Assembly: GCA_013288305.1 (NCBI GenBank)
Contig: JABDCD010000004.1
Span: 1-52,487, forward strand
Length of the DNA: 52,487 bases
Reading direction: 5' to 3'
Origin: Alphaproteobacteria bacterium
GTDB taxonomy: Bacteria; Pseudomonadota; Alphaproteobacteria; Rickettsiales; SXRF01
The position numbers and the translations under genes were made by a program. Under the pieces are notes generated by a model. It had not been told where the DNA came from. It saw only the letters and a program-made list of their open reading frames with translations, and searched no databases. Shown piece by piece: positions 25,493 through 32,589 of the stretch (position 1 is its first letter; every line of letters starts with the position of its first letter).

Positions 25493-27472
25493 TCAGCGGC
25501 GGAAAATGCGCTCGATAACGCTTTCTTTCCTGATGACGGCGCCGTCGTCGCCCAGCGCTACTTCCGTGACGACAAACTGATACTGTACTTGCGGGAAACC
25601 AGAGGCGATGCGTTCGATCGTTGTTTTCCACCAGGCGGGCGGCTGTATGGTGCAATGCGCATTTTCGCCGTTGGGAAGAATTCTTTTCGCGGCATAGCAG
25701 GCGATGTTGGCGAAGACAAAATGTCTGGCATAGGAAAATAGTTCGGCCAGAATCCACGGCAAGTCTTCTTCTGGGCAATGCTCCAGCACGTCGGTGCAGA
25801 TGACGCCGTCGAACTTTCCCTGCGGCAGCTCCGTATAGGGCGGGTAGGCCGGATCGTAGAGCGTGATCTCCTTCACGCCCCAGAAGGCCTTGATCGATGG
25901 ATACTCTGCATTTCCTGCCGTAATTGAAGCAACTTGATATAATTTTCCTTTGCCGCAGCCGTAATCGAGCAGGGTTTGGGCTTTGGTGCGTTTGGCCAAC
26001 ATACCGATGCGCGGCGCCTGATGCGGCAGGCTGATACCGGCGAACATTTCCTCCGGCTTGGTGTCGGTGGTGCCATGCAGGTGCAAATGCTGATACTGCT
26101 CCAGCAATTGGCGGTAGCGTTCGCTTGGCTGCTGGCGGCTGTATTCTGTTTTTACGGCTGTATGTTCCATGACACTCTCCTGATCGGGCGCTGCGCCGCG
26201 GCCGAATTTATGAATAAAGTATTCGTATACGCCGGTGAGCACATGCTCGCTGACATGCCGGGAAGAAGCGTCTTCCTTTCCCAGCACGGCGGCATCCATG
26301 CACGGTCCCACCCAGCGCACGATTTCAAACGAAGGGAAATAAAAAAGTTTTCTATCCGATTTTTTTCGCTCCATCACATCGTCGAGCGCGGCCTTCAGGA
26401 GCGATTTGCTGAGACAATCGATTTCGATGGCGCCCAGCTTTCTGGCGTGAACGATACCCAGCGCGTTGCCGATGGGAACGGGAGAAAGCGTGAGCAATAT
26501 GGGGGCGTGCGGATTGATGTTTCTGATCGCCGCATATAAAGCATCCAGGGCTGCCACGGCTTCCGGGTAGGTGCCGAGGCGGAATTCGGAGCCGGCTTCT
26601 TTCAGCTTGTGCGTCAGGTGCGAGCGCAGGTCGATGTCTTCATCATGGGATATGGATAGGAACTTCGGCGCTACGGGCGGGCCGATTTCATATCCGGCAG
26701 ACGCCGCGGCGGCGGTCATGAAATAATCCAGGACGTTGCCGCAGGTGATAATTAAAAATTCGGCGGATTTCAGGGATTCGGCCAGCTTTTCGAGCCGATG
26801 CAGCTCGTTTTTTATGACCGCTTCAAAATCCACACCCTTATCCGCCGGGTAGAGAAACCTGACCCAATGTTCGACGTAGGCTGCCTTGAGCGGCGCCGGG
26901 GCGGCGCAGACGGCGAGCATTTTCGCATTGGAAAAAGGCGAGTTCAAATCCTCTGCCTGGTCGCAATGCCCGACGGCAAATCCTTTCTGGCGCAGATGCT
27001 CAGCGATATTGAGCGCAAAGCAGGAGCCGAGAGTGAATATGCGGCTGGTCTCATCAAACAGGCCGTATCGCTCCGACCCGAAAGCCGCATCGAGGAATTC
27101 AATCCGCGTGGAAAATTCGTCGCTGCAGTGAGGATAGACTTCGAGCAGCTTTTCATTGCGCCTTTTGCGCTTCTGCGCCAGGGCATTTTCCACTTTCCCG
27201 ATCTCGTCCCCGCTCAGGCCGGCACGGGCATAATCGGGCAGGAAAAATTTCATTTTCTGCCAGTCGCCTTCGAGTTTCAAATCGGCGAGGGACTTGCAAA
27301 ACTCGTCTATAAACCCCCTGCGCGCCGCATCGTTAGGGCAATCGGCGGCCGATTTGGAAAACTTCCTATAGGTGACCCTGGGCAGGTTTTTTCCCGTAAA
27401 AGAATGGAAATAACACTCCCTGAGGTTGGCGCGGCTATAGTCGTCATAGGCAATGGCGGGGTCGGTGGTCAT
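25493..27472 (-). CDS. Fusion protein: GSCFA-family domain + C-terminal class I SAM-dependent methyltransferase
   Basis: 659 aa. Residues 1-~425 parallel the 23476..24732 product (IFTLGSCFALNIA; EDASSRHV). Residues ~445-659 carry MTase motif I LLDYGCGKGK and FDGVICTDVLEHCPEEDL. The start codon lies 3 nt after the fliW stop. Confidence 0.75.
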   Translation of the reverse strand: MTTDPAIAYDDYSRANLRECYFHSFTGKNLPRVTYRKFSKSAADCPNDAARRGFIDEFCKSLADLKLEGDWQKMKFFLPDYARAGLSGDEIGKVENALAQKRKRRNEKLLEVYPHCSDEFSTRIEFLDAAFGSERYGLFDETSRIFTLGSCFALNIAEHLRQKGFAVGHCDQAEDLNSPFSNAKMLAVCAAPAPLKAAYVEHWVRFLYPADKGVDFEAVIKNELHRLEKLAESLKSAEFLIITCGNVLDYFMTAAAASAGYEIGPPVAPKFLSISHDEDIDLRSHLTHKLKEAGSEFRLGTYPEAVAALDALYAAIRNINPHAPILLTLSPVPIGNALGIVHARKLGAIEIDCLSKSLLKAALDDVMERKKSDRKLFYFPSFEIVRWVGPCMDAAVLGKEDASSRHVSEHVLTGVYEYFIHKFGRGAAPDQESVMEHTAVKTEYSRQQPSERYRQLLEQYQHLHLHGTTDTKPEEMFAGISLPHQAPRIGMLAKRTKAQTLLDYGCGKGKLYQVASITAGNAEYPSIKAFWGVKEITLYDPAYPPYTELPQGKFDGVICTDVLEHCPEEDLPWILAELFSYARHFVFANIACYAAKRILPNGENAHCTIQPPAWWKTTIERIASGFPQVQYQFVVTEVALGDDGAVIRKESVIERIFRR

Positions 27473-27474
27473 GG

Positions 27475-27903
27475 CTACAGCATGTGCTGGACTTTATAAT
27501 GATCCTGCTGAAACACATACTGCACGCCGGTTTTGCGATCAGCATCGATCAGGAGCGGCGCGCGCGCGTTGACCGACAGCTTGACCTGCTCCAGGCCGCG
27601 ATGCACCGATACGATCAGCAGCAGCGCCAGGTTCGGCGGGTCGATCTGCAGGTCGCGGCAGGCGGCACCCAGGTCGGCTTCGGCGATGATGGCGTTACGC
27701 GTTTCCAGCGGCAGGGTGATGAACGACAGGGCGATGTCGTCGAGCGATTGCAGCAGGGTGAATTGCTGCATTTTCGGGCTGGGGAATTTGGTCAGCACGA
27801 AACGGAATTTGTCCGGCATCCCGAGCAGGCCGCGCGGGAACACGATCGCCTTGTCCGTATCCACGGTAATCTCGCCGAAACGCGATGCGATGGTTTCCAT
27901 CAT
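27475..27903 (-). CDS. fliW: Flagellar assembly factor FliW
   Basis: The likely start is MMETIASRFGEITVD (ATG at 27903). FPRGLLGMPDKFRFVL...FTLLQSLDD..LSFITLP...NARAPLLIDADRKTGVQYVF..DHY matches the FliW family pattern. Confidence 0.85.
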   Translation of the reverse strand: MMETIASRFGEITVDTDKAIVFPRGLLGMPDKFRFVLTKFPSPKMQQFTLLQSLDDIALSFITLPLETRNAIIAEADLGAACRDLQIDPPNLALLLIVSVHRGLEQVKLSVNARAPLLIDADRKTGVQYVFQQDHYKVQHML

Positions 27904-27983
27904 GACGGTACCAGAAGCTATAAACCCGGTTGAATTTGCCGATTGGTGTAGCATATGTACCGCCTTTTGTGAATAGAGGCTAG

Positions 27984-28124
27984 GTTCTATTGATAAATTC
28001 TACTAGCCTGGCCAACTTGCTTGGTTTTCTGCGCTTCCGGTGCTCACGTACAAGTGTACGCTCCGCTCCGGTTCTTAAAAACCGGCGCATTTGGCTCAGC
28101 CTAGCGAATTTCTCAACAGAACCC
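27984..28124. repeat. Imperfect ~29-bp inverted repeats flanking an 83-bp core in the flgL-fliW intergenic region
   Basis: GGTTCTATTGATAAATTCTACTAGCCTGG (27984..28012) pairs with the reverse complement of 28096..28124 (GGTTCTGTTGAGAAATTCGCTAGGCTGAG). The core holds two short hairpins (GTACAagTGTAC and CCGGTTcttaaaAACCGG). Confidence 0.55.
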
Positions 28125-28137
28125 ATATTGTAATTTG

Positions 28138-29046
28138 TTACTTTAAATAATCCGAAAGCCTCAGAGCAGAAATTTTGGCGAATGCCGCGAAAGATGCCTG
28201 CAGGATGCCCTGGTTGACCGCCACCTGCGTCGACACCGAGACGATATCGGTATTGCCGATGCTCTGCTGCAATCCCTGCCAGTAGAGTTTCTGGTTATTC
28301 AGGACGGTGTCGCTATTGGTAAGCTGCCCCGCCGTCGCCCCTACCGTCGCCTGCAATGCCGTTATCTGCGCTATGCCCTGCTGCACGAAGTTTTCCGCAT
28401 TCTGGAGATCGGTGGTGTTATTGCCCTGGTCGCCTTTTTGCGCCGTGGCCAGCCCGGCGAAAAGCTGCTGGAAACCGGAGGCATCGGCGCGCACGTTGTA
28501 GGTAATGACGGTATTGTCGTCGATGCGCGTGGTCATGTCCTGCCCGCTGCCCTGGTAATAGCCGGTATCGGGTGTGCCCGGCACTTGCAGCGTGGGGAAG
28601 GTATTTTTGACCGCCGGCGTATTGGTGGCGGTGCCGGAAAATAGGTACTGGTTGTTCACGCTGGTGTTGAGCTGCCCGACCAGCGTTTGCCAGATGCCTT
28701 GAAGCTGGGTGCTGAAGCCGGCGCTCGACGTGCCGCTCATGCGCTGCGAGATCAGGCTCTGCAAATCAGTAGCCGTTTTGATAATCTGGCCAAGCACCGT
28801 GCTTGCCGTATTTACGCTGGCTTCTATGGTCTGGTGGTTCTCGACATACTGCGTCGTGCGGGCAATGGTGTCGGAGAGCGACAGGTATTGCTGGGTCTGG
28901 CCGGTCGCCGCCATGCCGGCGAAATCCTGGAAGGCATTTCCGCTGGACAGTTGTTCCTGCTCTTTGGTCAAGTTGGTTTCCACCGTATTCACATCATTCA
29001 GCGTCGACTGGAAAGCCGCATAGGTGCTGACAGTTCCCACTCCCAT
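28138..29046 (-). CDS. flgL: Flagellar hook-associated protein 3 FlgL
   Basis: The likely start is MGVGTVSTYAAFQ (ATG at 29046, with AAGGAGAGG upstream). It has flagellin-like termini, with C-terminal VSTQVAVNQGILQASFAAFAKISALRLSDYL. Lies downstream of flgK. Confidence 0.8.
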   Translation of the reverse strand: MGVGTVSTYAAFQSTLNDVNTVETNLTKEQEQLSSGNAFQDFAGMAATGQTQQYLSLSDTIARTTQYVENHQTIEASVNTASTVLGQIIKTATDLQSLISQRMSGTSSAGFSTQLQGIWQTLVGQLNTSVNNQYLFSGTATNTPAVKNTFPTLQVPGTPDTGYYQGSGQDMTTRIDDNTVITYNVRADASGFQQLFAGLATAQKGDQGNNTTDLQNAENFVQQGIAQITALQATVGATAGQLTNSDTVLNNQKLYWQGLQQSIGNTDIVSVSTQVAVNQGILQASFAAFAKISALRLSDYLK

Positions 29047-29065
29047 AGTTCCTCTCCTTTTCCCG

Positions 29066-31795
29066 TTACGCAATCGATTGCAGCAGGGCGTCGAACAAGG
29101 TGCTGGTCACCGAGATCACGCGCGCCGAAGCGGTATAAGCATTCTGGTAAATGACCGTGTTGGCCAGTTCGGTATCGAGATTGACGCCGCTGATGGTGGA
29201 AGCTTGCTTCGTAAAGCCGTCGAGCAATGTCTGCGCATTGGTTTGGGTGGTGGTAGCCGTGGCGGCGTTGCTCGAGGCCGATCCGATGATGGCGCCGGCA
29301 TAGCCGCCGAAGCTCTGGGTGGTGGCGCCCAGGCCGCCGGCGATGGGAAAATTGACCGAGGCGGTGCCCAGCGAAGCCAATTGCTGAATGACGCTGTTGT
29401 CCCCGGGATTGCGCACATAGGTATAATTGGGCAAGGCCGTGGGGTCGGCGGGCTGAGCACCCTGCGTCAGGGTGCCGAGCGAAATCAGGCCGGGATTGTC
29501 CCGCAGGCGCTGTTCGACCTGCAGGTTGGCGGCGCTGCCGGCCACCGCATCGCCGGTGGTGGTCAGGCTGTTGCTCTTAAAAAAATTATTGAGGTTGAAA
29601 TATTGCGAAAATCCCTGGTTGCTGCCGGCTATCGGCGGATCATTGGCCGGTTGTCCCTGCTGGGAGCTGTTTAAGCTGTCGATAGCGATGAGATTGCTGC
29701 TGTTACCGGCTTTGATCTTAAGAAAACCGTTCTGCGTCGTGATGTAGTTGCCATTGCTGTCTTTGGGCAATTCGTTGCCATTGGCATCGACCAGCAGCGC
29801 CTGGGCGAGAGGCTGGTGGGTGGTGGGTTTGACGATAACGCCGTCGCCGTTGGCCGTCTGCGGCGCGTAATAGGTATTAAGCAGATTCGACTGGTTGTTG
29901 GTGATCTGGTAGGTGATCTGCGAGGTTTTGACCGGGCCTTTCCCGTCATCGACGGCGACGTCCAGCGTGACGGTGTAATAATCCGCGCTGGAATTGCTGC
30001 CGAGCGCAACGTTGAAGAGGCCGCTGTTCACCGTGCGGCCGTTCTGGCCGGCGGGCATGGCGGCGTAGGGCGGCGTGACCGTTGCCGTGCCGACGGGAGG
30101 GACGGTGCCGCTGCTCGATGCCTGGCCGGCGGCGGTGATGGTGAAGCTGTTGGCGCCGACGTTCGAGATAACGAACGTGCCGGTCAGGGCGGATTCCGCA
30201 ATGCCGTCGACCGACGTGCCGGGGTCAGAGAGATATACGGTCTCGCCGTTGGTCAGGCCGGCGGTGCTGCCGGTGGTATGGACGGTCACCGTCCCGCTGT
30301 CCATCGTGGTTTGATAGTTGCTGATGGCGATGGTGGGGGCAGGCAATGTTACCGTCGTGGTATTGGCTCCGCCGCTGGGCTGTACCGTCACGCCGCTGAC
30401 ATAGAGGTTGGCTGTGCTGGCCGAAATGTTATCGAGACCCAGATCGAAATTGAATTGCGCCGACGATCCGGGGAGACTGCTGCTGTCGGACACGACCTGG
30501 ATATTGTTGAGGTTGCCGACTTCCACTTTATTCTGCGGCGGGCCGTAATACTGGTTGATGGCGTCGATAATGTCCTGCGTCGACACGTTGCCCTCGCCGT
30601 GGCCGGAATTGAGCGTCGAAAGGTCGAGATTGAGCGGCGCCTTGCCGTTGGTTTCGTCAGCATAGGGCGACGTGGCGGCCTGGCCGGTTGAATTCAGCAC
30701 GGCGATGTGCACACTGCCGTTCCATTGACTCAAGGTCTGCGCGCCCACGGCGCGTTCGCCGGTGAGGCTGCCCGCGCCGGGGAAGCCGCTGCCGGAATTC
30801 TCGACGATGTTGACCTGATCGCGCAGGTTTGCTGCCAGCGTATCGAGCTGGGTCAGGAGACCCGGTATCTGCTGATCGCGCATGGACAGCAATCCGGCGA
30901 TTTTCCCGGACGTCAGCGTGCTGGTGATCTGCGCTGGCGTGCCGCCGGAAGCCAGCTGCACCGGCGTACCGATCCGGTTGCCCGCCTCGTCGGTGCGGTA
31001 GACCAGCAACGACGACAGCGATCCATTGTTGGCGAAGACGCCGACCGATGATGCCGCAGTATAGCTCAACTGGTAGGTGGTGGCACTGTCGAGCAAGCTG
31101 GTGCCGTTGCCGGTGGTGATGCTGATCGCGCCGTCGCTCTGGGTAGTGGTCTGGATATTGATATATTGCGCCAGGTTGTTCAGCAGAGTGTCGCGCTGGT
31201 CGCTCAGGCCGCCCACGGATTGGCCGAGCAGCGTGGCGTCGCTGATGTTATGGTTGACCTCCGCCAGGTTGGTAAGGTCGCTATTGACGTTGTCGATGGC
31301 GCTTTTAATGTCGCCGTCGGCCTGAAATTGCAGGCTCTGAAGTCCCTGCGCCGTTTGTTGTATCTGCCCGGCCAGCGTGACGCCGCTATTGACAGCAGCC
31401 TGTTGCAGCGCCGTGTTCTGCGGCGTCTGCGCCAGCGACTGCATGTTATTGAAAAAATCGCTGACGAAGGTATCAAGGCTGTTGTTATTGCCCGGCTGGC
31501 CGAGCAATAGCTGGATGCGGTTGTGGTAATCGCTAAGGACGCTTGCCTGCCCGACCGTCGAGTTCTGCTGCCGCACGGCGCCGACCAGGTTCTGGTTGAC
31601 CTGGCGGGTGACGTCCGTCACGCTGACGCCGGCGCCTTCCCCGCTGAGATAGACGGCCTGCTGATTGCCGATTTCACGGCTGTAGCCCTGGGTATTGGCA
31701 TTGGCGATATTCTGCGACACCACCGCCAGCTGCTGCTGGTTGATGTTGAGGCCGGAAAGCGCCGTAGTCAGAGCTGTTGAAAGGCCGGCTACCAT
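29066..31795 (-). CDS. flgK: Flagellar hook-associated protein 1 FlgK (unusually long, 909 aa)
   Basis: N-terminal ALSGLNINQQQLAVVSQNIANANTQGYSRE and C-terminal GVNLDTELANTVIYQNAYTASARVISVTSTLFDALLQ are canonical FlgK termini. There is a very large central insert. Confidence 0.9.
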   Translation of the reverse strand: MVAGLSTALTTALSGLNINQQQLAVVSQNIANANTQGYSREIGNQQAVYLSGEGAGVSVTDVTRQVNQNLVGAVRQQNSTVGQASVLSDYHNRIQLLLGQPGNNNSLDTFVSDFFNNMQSLAQTPQNTALQQAAVNSGVTLAGQIQQTAQGLQSLQFQADGDIKSAIDNVNSDLTNLAEVNHNISDATLLGQSVGGLSDQRDTLLNNLAQYINIQTTTQSDGAISITTGNGTSLLDSATTYQLSYTAASSVGVFANNGSLSSLLVYRTDEAGNRIGTPVQLASGGTPAQITSTLTSGKIAGLLSMRDQQIPGLLTQLDTLAANLRDQVNIVENSGSGFPGAGSLTGERAVGAQTLSQWNGSVHIAVLNSTGQAATSPYADETNGKAPLNLDLSTLNSGHGEGNVSTQDIIDAINQYYGPPQNKVEVGNLNNIQVVSDSSSLPGSSAQFNFDLGLDNISASTANLYVSGVTVQPSGGANTTTVTLPAPTIAISNYQTTMDSGTVTVHTTGSTAGLTNGETVYLSDPGTSVDGIAESALTGTFVISNVGANSFTITAAGQASSSGTVPPVGTATVTPPYAAMPAGQNGRTVNSGLFNVALGSNSSADYYTVTLDVAVDDGKGPVKTSQITYQITNNQSNLLNTYYAPQTANGDGVIVKPTTHQPLAQALLVDANGNELPKDSNGNYITTQNGFLKIKAGNSSNLIAIDSLNSSQQGQPANDPPIAGSNQGFSQYFNLNNFFKSNSLTTTGDAVAGSAANLQVEQRLRDNPGLISLGTLTQGAQPADPTALPNYTYVRNPGDNSVIQQLASLGTASVNFPIAGGLGATTQSFGGYAGAIIGSASSNAATATTTQTNAQTLLDGFTKQASTISGVNLDTELANTVIYQNAYTASARVISVTSTLFDALLQSIA

Positions 31796-31796
31796 A

Positions 31797-32255
31797 TTAG
31801 ACTCTCTTGTTAAGCGTTACGGATAAAGTTTCGTAGGGTGCGATGCCGGTCAATCCTTTGCCGTCATAGGCCATGCGGCGAGTGTTTTTCATCACGACGT
31901 CAGTGATGGCCTGCACGATCTTATGGTTGACTTCCTTGGCCAGCAGCAGCTTGCGGTGGTTTTCGGCAAGAATGTTGTTGAACACTTCCACTACCTCCTT
32001 CAAATCCTGCTTGTCCTGCGAGGGAATGGTTTCGACCAGGTGCGGGTGCTTGTCGATCAGCTTGCGCTGCGCTTCCAGGGCATTCACCAGGAACAACTTT
32101 TCATTTTGCAGCGCCTCGATCTTCGACACTTTCATCTCGGACAGAAAATCGACTTCCTCGGCCAGCAGCTGCGCCAGCCGTGCCGTCAAAGTGATGACGT
32201 TCTGCATTTTCAATGCGGGTATCGCCGGTTTTTTCGTTTCGCTGCTCATCGTCAT
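31797..32255 (-). CDS. FlgN-like flagellar chaperone (occupies the position of Caulobacter flbY)
   Basis: 152 aa, helical, with LTARLAQLLAEEVDFLSEMKVSKIEALQNEKLFLVNALEA resembling the FlgN family. Sits between the rod-binding gene and flgK, 1 nt before the flgK start. Confidence 0.5.
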   Translation of the reverse strand: MTMSSETKKPAIPALKMQNVITLTARLAQLLAEEVDFLSEMKVSKIEALQNEKLFLVNALEAQRKLIDKHPHLVETIPSQDKQDLKEVVEVFNNILAENHRKLLLAKEVNHKIVQAITDVVMKNTRRMAYDGKGLTGIAPYETLSVTLNKRV

Positions 32256-32578
32256 CCCCTTTGTGTTTCCTGCAATTTGAGTAATTCCTGCTTAACGTAA
32301 TCCGCAATTCCTATGCCGCCGGAGCGGGTGATCTGCTTGCCGTACTCGTCCATCATCAGGCCTTTATAGACCTCGCTGCTCTGGCTATCGCCGAACGCTT
32401 CCGTTCCTTCGGAATCGCCGAACATCTGTTCGAGCATCTGCCCCACGAACATCGATTCGAAATCCTTCGACACTTTATCGATCTGGTCGTTGCTCATCGA
32501 TGCGACAGAACCCATTCCCCCTTGAGGGTTAGGGGCGGGGAAGGGGGTAATAGCCGCATTGGTATTTAGTGAAACCAC
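32252..32578 (-). CDS. Rod-binding protein (FlgJ N-terminal domain only; CheL-like)
   Basis: 108 aa. KDFESMFVGQMLEQMF...EVYKGLMMDEYGKQITRSGGIGIADYV matches the rod-binding (FlgJ-N) family. There is no muramidase domain. The GTG start is uncertain; an alternative ATG lies at 32515. Confidence 0.7.
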   Translation of the reverse strand: MVSLNTNAAITPFPAPNPQGGMGSVASMSNDQIDKVSKDFESMFVGQMLEQMFGDSEGTEAFGDSQSSEVYKGLMMDEYGKQITRSGGIGIADYVKQELLKLQETQRG

Positions 32579-32589
32579 ATCATTTCTTT

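Noticed and set aside
28032-28046. Sigma54-like element upstream of fliW (minus strand GAGCACCGGAAGCGC)
   Set aside because: The spacing to the GC is right, but the near-invariant -24 GG is AG. It was not called.
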